64,000 nucleotides of DNA from Candidatus Latescibacterota bacterium. GTDB lineage: Bacteria > Latescibacterota > UBA2968 > UBA8231. The stretch is taken from assembly GCA_965219385.1 (NCBI GenBank), contig CBDCNM010000002.1, forward strand, positions 964,639 to 1,028,638, read 5' to 3'. Of this stretch, positions 19,240 through 29,860 are shown piece by piece. Position numbers and translations under genes: made by a program. The first letter of the stretch is position 1, and every line of letters starts with the position of its first letter. The notes beneath the pieces were generated by a model. That model did not search any database. It saw only the letters and a program-made list of their open reading frames with translations, and was not told where the DNA came from.

Positions 19240-19537
19240 AGAGTTTCTGGTGCAGAAACTCTATGCACGAGTTTGAGGTGGGCGTGGAAGGGCTCATTTC
19301 CTACTCCTTTCTGATAAGTCCCCGCGTTTTGCCAGAAGGTTGCCTGGCAAATTAGAGGACAAGATTGTGATAAGGCACTTTATCAGACACAAGGGTCTGG
19401 CCGACTACCTCTCAAGATAAACCCAAGAAGGCTATTAATCAAGGAGTAGGGGCCTCGGCGGCGAGAGGACGCAACCCCTTTAGGATATGCACCCAAAGAG
19501 GACCAAATAGTTACGGTATTTCGTGAAGTACTGATTC

Positions 19538-20326
19538 TTATCGCAAGGCCTGCTGCCGCGCCGCTTCGAGGACCTCGCGGCCGGCGCGAAACAGGTTGGA
19601 AAAATCCACGTTCAGGTTGAGCCACTTGATGCCCAGTTCCATCCAGCGGGCGTAGGTTTTGGCGGAATAAAAGGTGGATATGCCCAGGATGCGGTCGCTC
19701 GCCCCCACCTTCTGGGCCACCGTGGCGATGGCGTCCTTCACTTGCGGATCGTCGGTTTGACCAAGCTTGCCCAGGGAGCCGGACAGGTCGTTGAGCCCCA
19801 GGCACAAGACGTCGATGCCGGGCACTTCGAGGATTTCGTCGAGGTTGTCGACGGCGTCGATATGCTCTAGCTGAATCGCGATGATCGGATCGTCGGCGCA
19901 GTGTTCGAGGTATTCCGGCTGCGCAACGGCGCCGAAGCGAGTCCCGCGCCGAGGGCCGTACCCGCGCACCCCGACCGGGGGATAACGGCACGCACTGACG
20001 ACGGCCTCGGCTTCGGTTCCCGAGCTGACCTGTGGTACGATGATGCCGGCCGGCGCCAGATCGAGCACCGGTTTTATCACGTCCACATCGTTTTGTCGCA
20101 CCCGCACGAACGGCGCCGTGCTGGTGCCGCGATGGGCCACGATGTGCTGCAGGACGCACTGGTGATCCAGGGGGGCGTGCTCCATGTCGATCCACGAAAA
20201 ATCGTAGCCCGCCGCGGCGATCAACTCGCTGATCGCCGGATCGGAAAAGGTTATGCCCATGCCGATCGAGACCTGTCCGGCGGCGAGGCGCTGGCGGAAT
20301 AGCTCAGTGTTGTTCACACTGGTCAT
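19538..20326 (-). CDS. HpcH/HpaI aldolase family protein
   Basis: GYDFSWIDMEH, RYPPVGVRG, IQLEH, GLNDLS. Confidence 0.9.
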   Translation of the reverse strand: MTSVNNTELFRQRLAAGQVSIGMGITFSDPAISELIAAAGYDFSWIDMEHAPLDHQCVLQHIVAHRGTSTAPFVRVRQNDVDVIKPVLDLAPAGIIVPQVSSGTEAEAVVSACRYPPVGVRGYGPRRGTRFGAVAQPEYLEHCADDPIIAIQLEHIDAVDNLDEILEVPGIDVLCLGLNDLSGSLGKLGQTDDPQVKDAIATVAQKVGASDRILGISTFYSAKTYARWMELGIKWLNLNVDFSNLFRAGREVLEAARQQALR

Positions 20327-20517
20327 GTATCGTGCTCCGTCGTTGAGAGGTAGAGGTAATTTAGAGACTATCGCCTCTGAAAATAGGCCAACGAGAGCAT
20401 CTGGTCCAGGAATCGCCGAAGGCGCAGGGCTGCGCAGGATCGCGGCCCTATTTTTGCGCTCTCGAGTTCTTTACCTATCTTTCACCACGACAACTGGTTT
20501 CAACTCAGAGGGATAAA

Positions 20518-21108
20518 ATGGATTGTGACAGACTGGTTCGACAAGTGGATTTCATCATCGAGATCGATAAGCTGAAACAAATCTTCCGCCAGACCTTGTT
20601 GCCGGCCGACCAGCGACGGGAGAACGACGCGGAGCACTCCTGGCACCTGGGGCTTATGGCCGTTCTGCTGGCGGAGTACGCCGCAGGGGAGGTGGATGTG
20701 CCGCGGGTGGTGAAGATGCTGCTGGTACACGACCTGGTGGAGATCGACGCCGGCGATACCTTTGCCTACGACGCAGAGGCTCACCAGGATAAGCAAGAGC
20801 GCGAAGTCAAGGCCGCGGAGCGGATCTTCAACCTGCTGCCGGTGGATCAGGCGCGGGAAGTGCGGGCGCTGTGGGACGAGTTCGAGGGGCGCCAGACCCC
20901 GGAAGCGCGCTATGCCGAGGCCCTGGACCGGTTTCAGCCGGTGTTGCTCAACCTGTACAACAAAGGGGAAGGTTGGCACCGGCACGGCATCAAGAAGGCC
21001 CAGGTCATCGCCTACAACCAGCACATGGAAAAGGGGGCACCGGCCCTGTGGGAGTACGCGCGGGAGAAGATCGACGAGGCGGTCGAGCAGGGGATTCTGG
21101 AGGAGTAG
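20518..21108 (+). CDS. HD-domain phosphohydrolase
   Basis: RENDAEHSWH, LVHDLVEIDAGD. Confidence 0.9.
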   Translation: MDCDRLVRQVDFIIEIDKLKQIFRQTLLPADQRRENDAEHSWHLGLMAVLLAEYAAGEVDVPRVVKMLLVHDLVEIDAGDTFAYDAEAHQDKQEREVKAAERIFNLLPVDQAREVRALWDEFEGRQTPEARYAEALDRFQPVLLNLYNKGEGWHRHGIKKAQVIAYNQHMEKGAPALWEYAREKIDEAVEQGILEE

Positions 21109-21109
21109 A

Positions 21110-22402
21110 TCAGGTATACTTGAAACGCTGTAGCTGCCAGCGGGCGATCTGGTCTTTGTCCAGCCGCACCCTGAGACACACCTGATTGCCGTGGAAATGT
21201 TGTTCGAGGATTTGCCCCTGGGCGTGGAGTTGGGCCAGCAGCCGGCCCTCGCGCTGGGGGATCTGCAGATTCAGGGTAATTGAATTGGCCAGACACAGCG
21301 CCTGGATCCGTCTCTTCAGCGCCTCCAATCCGAATCCCGTCATGGCCGAAACGGCGATCACATCTTCCTCATCGGCATGCGCCCTGGCGATCTGGTTTTC
21401 TTCTCCCTGCCCTACTTGGTCGATCTTGTTATAGACCAGGAGCGTGGGTTTTTCTTTGAGGCCGAGTTCCCGCAAAACCTGAGTGCAGGTTTCCATCTGC
21501 ATGGCGTGGTGTGGATGGCTCAAGTCCACGACGTGGAGCAGCAGATCGGCTTCTACCGCTTCTTCGAGGGTGGCGCGAAAAGAGGCGAAGAGGTGATGCG
21601 GCAGGTTGCGGATGAAACCGACGGTATCGGTGAGGAGGACCTTCAGGTGTTGATCCAGGGCCACGGAGCGAGTGGTCGAGTCCAGGGTGGCGAAAAGCTG
21701 GTCCTGAACCAGCACCTGGGCACCGGAAAGGGCGCGCATCAGGGTGGATTTGCCGGCATTGGTGTAGCCCACCAGAGCGATCTTGAAGGCGTCCGAGCGC
21801 CCCTTGCGGCTGGTGGCCATCTGGGTGCCGATGCGGTCGAGTTTGGTGGTGAGATCGCGGACGCGCTTGCGGATCATGCGACGGTCGGTCTCCAGCTGGG
21901 TTTCGCCGGGCCCGCGGACCCCGGCGGCTCCCATGCCGCGAATGCCGCCGCCGGCCTGGCGCGACAGATGAGTCCACTGCCGCGTCAGGCGCGGCAACAG
22001 GTAGTTGAGCTGGGCCAATTCGACCTGAATCTGGGCGGTGCGGGTGCGGGCGTGGCGGGCGAAGATGTCCAGGATCAGGCCGCTGCGGTCCAGGATGCGC
22101 ACCTCGGTCAGTTCTTCAAGATTGCGCATTTGCGCCGGGGAGAGATCGTTGTCGAAGACGATCAGGTCGGCACCGCCGGCCCGGGCTTTGAGTTCGGCGG
22201 CCTTGCCCTTGCCGATATAGCAGGTAGGATCGATCCTGTCTCTGACCTGGAGGACCCGTCCGGCCTCTGCGAGCGTGGCGGTAGCGGCCAGGCGGCTCAA
22301 TTCGTCCAGGGAATCTTCTGCCTCCCAGGTGGGGAGGTGGGACAGGGCCACGCCTACCAGCAAGGCGCTTTGCCGGTGTTGAGGATCGAGGTTTTCTCCC
22401 AA
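21110..22402 (-). CDS. hflX: GTPase HflX
   Basis: GPGETQLETDRR, GYTNAGKST, LFATLD, DTVGF, NKID. Confidence 0.96.
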   Translation of the reverse strand: MGENLDPQHRQSALLVGVALSHLPTWEAEDSLDELSRLAATATLAEAGRVLQVRDRIDPTCYIGKGKAAELKARAGGADLIVFDNDLSPAQMRNLEELTEVRILDRSGLILDIFARHARTRTAQIQVELAQLNYLLPRLTRQWTHLSRQAGGGIRGMGAAGVRGPGETQLETDRRMIRKRVRDLTTKLDRIGTQMATSRKGRSDAFKIALVGYTNAGKSTLMRALSGAQVLVQDQLFATLDSTTRSVALDQHLKVLLTDTVGFIRNLPHHLFASFRATLEEAVEADLLLHVVDLSHPHHAMQMETCTQVLRELGLKEKPTLLVYNKIDQVGQGEENQIARAHADEEDVIAVSAMTGFGLEALKRRIQALCLANSITLNLQIPQREGRLLAQLHAQGQILEQHFHGNQVCLRVRLDKDQIARWQLQRFKYT

Positions 22403-22446
22403 CAGGTAATATCCTTATGGTATGAACTTTGGAAACTATCTGCCCA

Positions 22447-22489
22447 ATAATATACGTACCTTGACACTTGTCAAGCCACCCTCTAAGCT
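22447..22489. promoter_or_regulatory. Divergent sigma70-type promoters for hflX and lon sharing a palindrome
   Basis: CTTGACA-CT-TGTCAAG at 22460-22475; plus strand TTGACA-17-TAAGCT, minus strand TTGACA-16-TATTAT. Confidence 0.5.
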
Positions 22490-22542
22490 TAGAAGCCTTC
22501 TTAGAAGCCTTCTTAAATTGACCTGATTAAGAGGAGCAATAC

Positions 22543-25056
22543 TTGAGCGAATTTCAGTCCGAAGTCGAGTTTACCGAAGGCCTGGTCATACCCGCTGCAA
22601 TAGGGATCTGCCCTTTGCGGGACACCGTGGTCTATCCCCACATGCCCCAGTTGCTCACGGCCTCCCGCCGGTATTCTATCCGCGCCACCGAAGCCGCCAT
22701 CGAGGAAGATGGTCTCATCGGGCTCTTCGCCCAGCGCGACCCCGCGGTCGAAGAGCCTGGTTTCGCGGATCTTTACGCCATGGGGACCATCGGCAAGATC
22801 CACCGCGAGTGGCGTCTGCCGGATGGCAGCCTGCGGTTGATCGTCCAGGGGCTGGTGCGCGGCAGACTGGACGAACTGGTGCAGGAGCGCCCCTTTTTGA
22901 CAGCCAGGGTGAGCCGGCTGGAAGACCAGGGGGACTTGAGCTCCATGGATATCCAGGCCCTGCGCCGCAACATCAGCGAACAGTTCGCCGCCATCGTCAA
23001 AATGACCTCCCACCTGCCCGATGAACTACAGATCATGGTGGTGAACATCGACCACGCAGGCCGCCTGGCCGATTTCGTCGCCGCCAATCTGAATCTGCAG
23101 ATGGAAGAGCACCAGAAACTCCTGGAACTGATCGAGCTCGACAAACGGCTGGAGTACCTGAACGAGCTGCTGGCCCGGGAAGTGGAGATCCTGCAGGTGG
23201 GCTCCCGGATTCAGACCCAGGTCCAGGAGAAGATGGACAAGTCGCAGCGGGAATACTTCCTGCGCGAGCAACTCAAGCACATCCAGCAGGAGTTGAGCGG
23301 CAGCGATCCGCTCACCGCCGAGTTGGAAGAGTTGCGCCTCAAGATCGAAGAAGCCCAGCTGCCCCAGGAAGCCAAAGAGGCGGCCGAGCGCGAGCTGGGC
23401 CGGCTGGAGCAGATGACGCCGGGGGCGCCGGAGTACTCGGTAGCGCGCACCTACCTAGACTGGCTGATCGCCCTGCCCTGGTCCGTCTCGACCGAGGACC
23501 AGCTGGAGATCGCCGAGGCCGAAAGGATTCTCGCCGAGGACCACTACGGGCTGGAAAAGGTAAAAGAGCGGATCCTGGAGTACCTGGCGGTGCGGCGTTT
23601 GCGCCGGGAGACGAAGGGCCCCATCCTCTGCTTTGTCGGACCGCCCGGGGTGGGCAAGACCTCGCTGGGCCGCTCCATCGCCCGGGCCCTGGGTCGAGAG
23701 TTCACCCGAATTTCCCTGGGCGGGGTGCACGACGAGGCCGAGATCCGCGGCCACAGGCGCACCTACATCGGCTCGTTGCCGGGCCGCATCATCCAGGGGT
23801 TGCGCAAGGCCGGCTCCAACAACCCGGTCTTCATGCTCGACGAGATCGACAAGCTCGGGGCCGACTTCAGGGGCGATCCGGCCGCGGCCCTGCTCGAGGT
23901 CCTGGATCCCGAGCAGAACTTCTCCTTTTCGGATCACTACCTGGATGTGCCCTTTGATCTGTCCAAGGTGATGTTTATCACCACGGGCAACCTCCTGGAT
24001 CCGGTTCCCCCGGCCCTGCGCGACCGCATGGAGGGGATCGCCCTGCCGGGCTATACCCCCGACGAGAAGGTGGAGATCTCCCGGCGCCACCTGCTGCCGC
24101 GCCAGTTGCGGGAACACGGCATTGACCCGGGGAAACTGGAACTCAAAGACGCGGCTCTGGAACGCCTGATCGAGGACTACACCCGCGAGGCCGGCCTGCG
24201 CAATCTCGAACGCCAACTGGCCACCATCTGCCGCAAGGCGGCGCGCCGCTTTGTCGAAGGCCACAAACGCAAAATCACGGTCGGGCCCAGGCGTGTGGAG
24301 GAGTATCTTGGACCGGTCCTCTATTTTGGCGAAGTGGCCGGTCGCAGCGGCGAAGTTGGGGTGGCCACGGGCCTGGCTGCGACCGCGGCCGGCGGCGAGA
24401 TCCTCTTCATTGAGGCGACCCGCATGAAGGGCGAGCAAAACCTGCTCCTGACCGGACAACTGGGCGAGGTTATGCAGGAGTCGGCCCAGGCGGCGCTGAG
24501 CTATCTGCGCTCCCGGGCGCGCGCCCTGCAGATTGATCCCGAGGAATTCGCCCAATCCGATATCCATATCCACGTACCCGCCGGGGCCATGCCCAAGGAA
24601 GGACCTTCCGCCGGTATTGCCTTGGCCGCTGCCCTGGTATCGCTGTTTACCGGCCGGCCGGTGCGCCACGATGTGGCCATGACCGGAGAGATTACCCTGC
24701 GGGGCAGGGTCCTGCCGGTAGGTGGGGTCCGGGACAAGATCATGGCCGCCCAGCGGGCCGGTATCAAAACCGTCATCCTGCCCGCGAAAAATGAGAAGGA
24801 TCTGGAAGAGGTGCCGGAACAGATCAGCAAACAGATGCGTTTTGAACTGGTCGAGCACTTCGATCAGGTCCTGAAAGCCGTGCTGGGAATCAGGGTGGCG
24901 GGCAGGCTCCCTGCGAGCGGGCAAAAAAGCAGGCGCGAGTTGTCGATGAAGGTTGGGGCGAAGAAGACGGACCTCAAAAAGAAAAAAGCACCGGTCTCCC
25001 CCAAAAAACAGTCCGCCGGACAACCGGGGGTGAAAAAGAAAACCACCAGAAGGTAG
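22543..25056 (+). CDS. lon: ATP-dependent protease La
   Basis: GPPGVGKTS, RGHRRTYIG, LDEIDK, PKEGPSAG, TGEITLRG. Confidence 0.97.
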   Translation: MSEFQSEVEFTEGLVIPAAIGICPLRDTVVYPHMPQLLTASRRYSIRATEAAIEEDGLIGLFAQRDPAVEEPGFADLYAMGTIGKIHREWRLPDGSLRLIVQGLVRGRLDELVQERPFLTARVSRLEDQGDLSSMDIQALRRNISEQFAAIVKMTSHLPDELQIMVVNIDHAGRLADFVAANLNLQMEEHQKLLELIELDKRLEYLNELLAREVEILQVGSRIQTQVQEKMDKSQREYFLREQLKHIQQELSGSDPLTAELEELRLKIEEAQLPQEAKEAAERELGRLEQMTPGAPEYSVARTYLDWLIALPWSVSTEDQLEIAEAERILAEDHYGLEKVKERILEYLAVRRLRRETKGPILCFVGPPGVGKTSLGRSIARALGREFTRISLGGVHDEAEIRGHRRTYIGSLPGRIIQGLRKAGSNNPVFMLDEIDKLGADFRGDPAAALLEVLDPEQNFSFSDHYLDVPFDLSKVMFITTGNLLDPVPPALRDRMEGIALPGYTPDEKVEISRRHLLPRQLREHGIDPGKLELKDAALERLIEDYTREAGLRNLERQLATICRKAARRFVEGHKRKITVGPRRVEEYLGPVLYFGEVAGRSGEVGVATGLAATAAGGEILFIEATRMKGEQNLLLTGQLGEVMQESAQAALSYLRSRARALQIDPEEFAQSDIHIHVPAGAMPKEGPSAGIALAAALVSLFTGRPVRHDVAMTGEITLRGRVLPVGGVRDKIMAAQRAGIKTVILPAKNEKDLEEVPEQISKQMRFELVEHFDQVLKAVLGIRVAGRLPASGQKSRRELSMKVGAKKTDLKKKKAPVSPKKQSAGQPGVKKKTTRR

Positions 25057-25058
25057 CA

Positions 25059-27671
25059 ATGAGGGAGAAGGTGCAACCCGGTGCAGCGGGAGGACCCGGT
25101 CAGGGCCCGGAAAAATCCACTACCGCCTCGTTGCGGGCGTTCTGGGAAGAACGCATTACAGAGGTGCGCCAGGCTCATGGCGACGGTGCAGACGGTCTGG
25201 AGGTAGCTCGCCGCCTAGCCGCGACCATGGATGCCGTGGTCCACGCAGCCTACGAAAAGGGGCTCGAACAAACCACGGGTGACGCCCATGCTCTGGTGGC
25301 CCTGGGCGGGTACGGGCGCCAGGAGATGGCCCCGTACTCGGACGTGGATCTGCTCTTCCTCTTCCGCAGGGAAAAAGACAAGACACCGGGGTTCATCGCC
25401 GGCGTGCTCCACCCGCTGTGGGATCTGGGATTCGAGATCGGCCACAGCAGCCGCACCCTGCGCGAAGTCGGTAAAATGGCCCGGGAGGATCTGGAATCCT
25501 GCACCTCGATGATGGATGGCCGCTTTCTGGCCGGGGATCCGGATCTGTTCGACGATTTTCAGCGGTACCTCTATAAACAAGTCCCCAGAAGCATGGTCGC
25601 CAAGCTGCACAAGGGGCGCCAGGCCCGGGAGGGCAGCAATGGCTCGGTACAACTCCTCGAACCCAATTTAAAGGAAAGCCCGGGCGGTCTGCGCGAGTTC
25701 CACGCCCTGAACTGGGCCCTGAAAGGGAAAGCAGCCAGTCCCGAAGTGGAGGGCTTGCGCCGCCAGTGCCTCGACGATCAGGACATCGCCACCCTGGAGC
25801 AGGGTCGCGAATTCCTCTGTCGGGTGCGCCACGAACTGCATTTTGTCGCCGGTCGGCGCCACGATGTTCTGCAGCACGAGATCCAGCCGGACGTCGCCCG
25901 CAGTCTGGGCTATGAAGCTCAGGGCGTGGAGCTGGCGGTGGAGCGTTTCATGCAGGATTACTACGTCCATGCACGCGCCGTCTACCACCTGGTCGATCTG
26001 GCCTTCGAGCGCCTGACGCGCAAGCCGCGCAATCCCTATCGCAGCGTCTGGGTCGACATAGGGGTAATGGCGATCCAGGGAGAAATCGTGCTGCGCCAGG
26101 GAGAAGGTTACTTTGAGTCCGACCCGCACCGCCTGCTGAGCATTTTTCAGCTGGCACAGACCAAGAAGCTGCGTTTGAGCGAGGAGACGCAGCGGACGAT
26201 TCGCGCCTCGCTGCATCTGATCGACGACGAGTTGCGCCGCTCCGAGGAGGCGCGAGACGTATTCATGCGCATCCTCAAGCGCAAAAGCCGCAGCGCCGGC
26301 ACCCTGCGGCTGATGCACGATCTGGGGGTTCTGGGCGCCTATCTGCCGGAGTTCGGCGCCCTGACCTGCCTGGTGCAGTACGATATCTACCACATCTACA
26401 CGGTGGACGAGCACATCCTGGTGGCGCTGGAAAACCTGGAAGCCCTGGCCCTTTCCGAGAGGCAAACCTCGCTGAAGCGGATCTTTGTGGAGTTCCAGCG
26501 TCGGGACCTGCTGAACCTGGGCGTGCTGCTGCACGATATCGGCAAGTCAAGGCGCCAGGAGCACATTTCCTGCGGGGTCGAGATGGCGGCGGAAATCTTG
26601 CAGCGCCTGGGCGTATCCGAGGCGGATCAACGCTTTCTGCTCTTTCTGGTCGAGCACCACCAGGACATGGTGCTCATCTCCCAGCGCCGCGATCTGGACG
26701 ACTACAAGATGATCGCCGAGTTCGCCGGTCTGTTCTCCAGCATGGAAGAGCTGCAGGCGCTCTACCTGCTGTCCTATGCGGATTTGTCGGCTGTGGCCAG
26801 CGACGCGTGGACCGAGTGGGAAGGGGTCTTGTTGTGGGAGCTCTACCACAAGACCAGCGAGCAGCTCGAATCGGGTATGAAAACCCTCGAGGACAAGCAG
26901 CAGGGCCGGGAAGTGCTGGAAGAACACCTGCGGCGCATCACCCCTACCTGGCCGGCCCTCAAGGTGGTGGCCTTTCAGGAGCACGCCCAGCAACTGCCGC
27001 CGCGCTACCTGGCAGCCTACGACCACGAGCAGATCACCGCCCACGTGGAACTCATCGGACGGTTGGGTGCTGGGGTCGTGGAGGTGGATTTCGCCGAGCA
27101 TCAGGCCCACACAGAGGTGGTCGTCTGCGCCCGGGACCAGCGGCAATTGCTCGCCAAGATCTGCGGGGTCCTGGCGGTCCACGACATCTATATCCTGCGG
27201 GCCGACGTCCACACCCGCGACGATCATATGGTGCTGGACATCTTCCAGGTGACCGATGTGGGCGGCGATCCGGCGCTGCCGGAGTGGAAAAAGGAGCGGG
27301 TCGGCCAGCAGCTCGAGGAAGTTATAAGCGGTCGTCAGAAAATGGACCAGTTGTTCTCGCGCTACAGCACCCGGTGGGATCGCCGCCAAAGAAATGTCCA
27401 GGAACGCTCCCCGGAGGTGGACTTCGAAAATCAGGTCTCGGACCGCTACACCGTGGTCGATACGGATGTCCAGGACGATGTCGGGCTTTTATACAAGATT
27501 ACCTACGCTCTGGGGGAGTTGGAGCTGGATATCCACATGGCGATCATCAACACGGTGGCCAACCGCGCCCTCGATGCTTTTTACGTGGTCGACGCTCAGG
27601 GCGAGAAAATCGTCAACTACGAGATCCTGGAGCAGATCCGCGAGCGCCTGCTGGCGGATCTGGCGCAATGA
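25059..27671 (+). CDS. glnD: [Protein-PII] uridylyltransferase
   Basis: ALGGYGR...SDVDL, EPNLKESPGGLRE, YHIYTVDEH, LLHDIGK, two C-terminal ACT domains. Confidence 0.95.
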   Translation: MREKVQPGAAGGPGQGPEKSTTASLRAFWEERITEVRQAHGDGADGLEVARRLAATMDAVVHAAYEKGLEQTTGDAHALVALGGYGRQEMAPYSDVDLLFLFRREKDKTPGFIAGVLHPLWDLGFEIGHSSRTLREVGKMAREDLESCTSMMDGRFLAGDPDLFDDFQRYLYKQVPRSMVAKLHKGRQAREGSNGSVQLLEPNLKESPGGLREFHALNWALKGKAASPEVEGLRRQCLDDQDIATLEQGREFLCRVRHELHFVAGRRHDVLQHEIQPDVARSLGYEAQGVELAVERFMQDYYVHARAVYHLVDLAFERLTRKPRNPYRSVWVDIGVMAIQGEIVLRQGEGYFESDPHRLLSIFQLAQTKKLRLSEETQRTIRASLHLIDDELRRSEEARDVFMRILKRKSRSAGTLRLMHDLGVLGAYLPEFGALTCLVQYDIYHIYTVDEHILVALENLEALALSERQTSLKRIFVEFQRRDLLNLGVLLHDIGKSRRQEHISCGVEMAAEILQRLGVSEADQRFLLFLVEHHQDMVLISQRRDLDDYKMIAEFAGLFSSMEELQALYLLSYADLSAVASDAWTEWEGVLLWELYHKTSEQLESGMKTLEDKQQGREVLEEHLRRITPTWPALKVVAFQEHAQQLPPRYLAAYDHEQITAHVELIGRLGAGVVEVDFAEHQAHTEVVVCARDQRQLLAKICGVLAVHDIYILRADVHTRDDHMVLDIFQVTDVGGDPALPEWKKERVGQQLEEVISGRQKMDQLFSRYSTRWDRRQRNVQERSPEVDFENQVSDRYTVVDTDVQDDVGLLYKITYALGELELDIHMAIINTVANRALDAFYVVDAQGEKIVNYEILEQIRERLLADLAQ

Positions 27672-27777
27672 CGGGTTGCGCCCCTGCCAAAAGGCGCGAT
27701 TCAGGGTACATGCTGTCTTTTCTTACATTATTAACCCGGTCAGTAAATATACCCCATACTTGGGTATCGAAGCCCTC

Positions 27778-27874
27778 CGTCCTTCCGGCGCAAGCCGGGA
27801 TCCAATGAAATACCCCGCCGTCCGGAGGGCGGCCGGGAAGGACTGGATACCGGATCCAGCGTGTGCGCCATGAC
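27778..27874. repeat. REP-like palindrome pair
   Basis: CGTCCTTCCGGCGCAAGCCGGGATCCA with a degenerate inverted partner TGGATACCGG...ATGAC. Confidence 0.45.
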
Positions 27875-27960
27875 AGCGGTGCAACAAGACCGAGTCCCAA
27901 TTTGGCGGGGCGGGATCGGACATATTGGCGACGGGCAGGTGAGCGTTTGATGGATGAAGG

Positions 27961-28872
27961 ATGGGCGCCCCAAGATACTTCATTGATGATATGACAAGCT
28001 TTCAATTCATTGGGGGTTTGAGGATCGCAACCGTCCTCTGTTTTTTGTTACTACCGGATCAGCGGGCCTGTGTAGAGGGAGACGTAGCGCGTCCGGCGTA
28101 TAATGTGGTGGATCGGCCGAAGGTGCTGGAGGCGATGCGGCAGTGTGGTGATTATGACCCGACGGCGACGACCAATGGCGCACGGTTTCAGGCGGATGTG
28201 GTGCTTTATCTTGCGCGGCAGGCAAGGGAGCGCGATCCGGACGGACTGCCGCTGTTTATCGGGTATGAGGAATGGTTCCGGGCCTTTCTGGAGGTGAGCG
28301 GACGGACGGATGACACCGCGCCGCTGTACGCGCTGCTGGCCTATCGACACGGACAGGATATAGAAGTGGACTATCGGGTAGATCGGGTCATCCGGGAGGT
28401 GAAGAAAGGGCCGCTGCCGGAACTGGCGGTGAATGTGAGGATCAGGTGGGAGGACCGGCCGGGAAAGCCGGATCGATATTCGTACCTGGATACGCTTTCG
28501 ACGCCGCATTTCAAGGTAACCAATTGGCGGGTGATGACCTATCGGTTGCTGGATTTTGGGGATTGGGTTGCTTATGATGAGATTGAGGGGATTACAGGGC
28601 GTCCAACGTCCGGCGCGCTGGGTTTTCTTTTTCGGGTTATCGGCGAGGGACGCATTGCACAGTCTCGAATGGCAATTTCAAAGGACGGCCTTCAGGTGTC
28701 TCGGGCGACGGCAAAGAAGGCGTTTATGGAGGTGACGACCATGGTGACGGTGTATCCGGATGGGAATATGGAGAAGGATGTGCCGGCCGGCCTATCGGAT
28801 CTGCTGGAACTGGAGAGGCGGCTCAAGCAGCCGCTGGAGATTGATTATGTGCAGTTATCGGGCGATGGATAA
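27961..28872 (+). CDS. Hypothetical protein, possibly exported
   Basis: 303-aa ORF with a hydrophobic N-terminal stretch; no family recognised. Confidence 0.6.
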   Translation: MGAPRYFIDDMTSFQFIGGLRIATVLCFLLLPDQRACVEGDVARPAYNVVDRPKVLEAMRQCGDYDPTATTNGARFQADVVLYLARQARERDPDGLPLFIGYEEWFRAFLEVSGRTDDTAPLYALLAYRHGQDIEVDYRVDRVIREVKKGPLPELAVNVRIRWEDRPGKPDRYSYLDTLSTPHFKVTNWRVMTYRLLDFGDWVAYDEIEGITGRPTSGALGFLFRVIGEGRIAQSRMAISKDGLQVSRATAKKAFMEVTTMVTVYPDGNMEKDVPAGLSDLLELERRLKQPLEIDYVQLSGDG

Positions 28873-29054
28873 TGTAGTAGGTGTCGCTTGCACTCCTTGA
28901 CCTTTTTACCGGTATTGTAACCGATTGTTTTTCCTTGGGCTGCCGTTTTGATGCTCGGTGCGTCAAGGCCCCCGGCCGAGGGGGTAGACCGGCGGCCCTG
29001 CCGGGTGCGCTGCTTTAGGGTCAGCGCGTTACAAACGGGTTTTAAAGACGGCTT

Positions 29055-29860
29055 CTAAGACCAGCGGTCTTCGGGGGGAGCGAAGACGAAGCCGTGAAAG
29101 AGCCGGCGCTGTGCCGGGGTGAGCCGGTGGTAAAACTCCTTTTCATACTGCCAGTGCTCCGGGTTGGCCACCATCCAGGGCTGCTCATAGGCATAGTAGA
29201 GCATGAGACGTCGGCCGGCCGGCCGGGTACAGGGGCCTCTGGTGTGCCACAGGGCGTTGTGAAACATGACGCAGGTACCCCCGGGGGTACGCAAAGCTGG
29301 ATGGCGCCGGGAAAGGTATGGTGGCCCTGGAGTTGTTCGGGCGCCGGATCGAAGTCGGTCTTGTGCGAGCCGGGGACGAGCATGAGGTTGCCCTGGTCGG
29401 GCGCGGACATATCCGAGAGGAAGTAGCCGACCTTCAATTGCAGGAGCGGGATGTGGGGCCGCAGCGAGCGGTAGCCATTGCAGCGCCCATCGATATGCCA
29501 GCCAGGTTGGCGCTCTTCGGGTTCTACTTCCGAGATGGCGTCCGAAGCGTGGAAGTGAGAGGGTTCGTCGAGGAAGCCGTGCACGTAATCCATCAGGGGC
29601 GGGTAGTCCAGCAGGTCCAGCAACAGGGGATCATCCCCCAGGATGTGGAAGATGCGGGTATTGGCCCCGTTTATATCGGTCTTGCCGGAGTGGGACTGGT
29701 CGCGCTCGTGGAGCCGGCGCCGACGCGCCACGACTTTTTCCAGACATCCGGTCAGGCGCGCCACGTGGTCGGCTTGCAGGAAGTCTTCGATGACCAGATA
29801 GCCGTTGGTGTCAAAGAAAAACTTCTCCTCCGGGGTAGGGTGTTTGGTCGCGGTGGTCAT
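29055..29860 (-). pseudogene. Phytanoyl-CoA dioxygenase family protein, frameshifted near 29276-29290
   Basis: WHID and VPGSH in the first frame; FHNALWH...R in the second. The shift falls in a C5G5 run. Confidence 0.8.

Noticed and set aside
22460..22475. CIRCE or HAIR heat-shock operator
   Set aside because: Arms and spacing match neither TTAGCACTC-N9-GAGTGCTAA nor CTTGAGT-N7-ACTCAAG.
23455..25059. 534-aa antisense ORF, and similar long ORFs at 47007-48581, 21377-22450 and 43449-44567
   Set aside because: Antisense shadows of high-GC genes with no motifs of their own.
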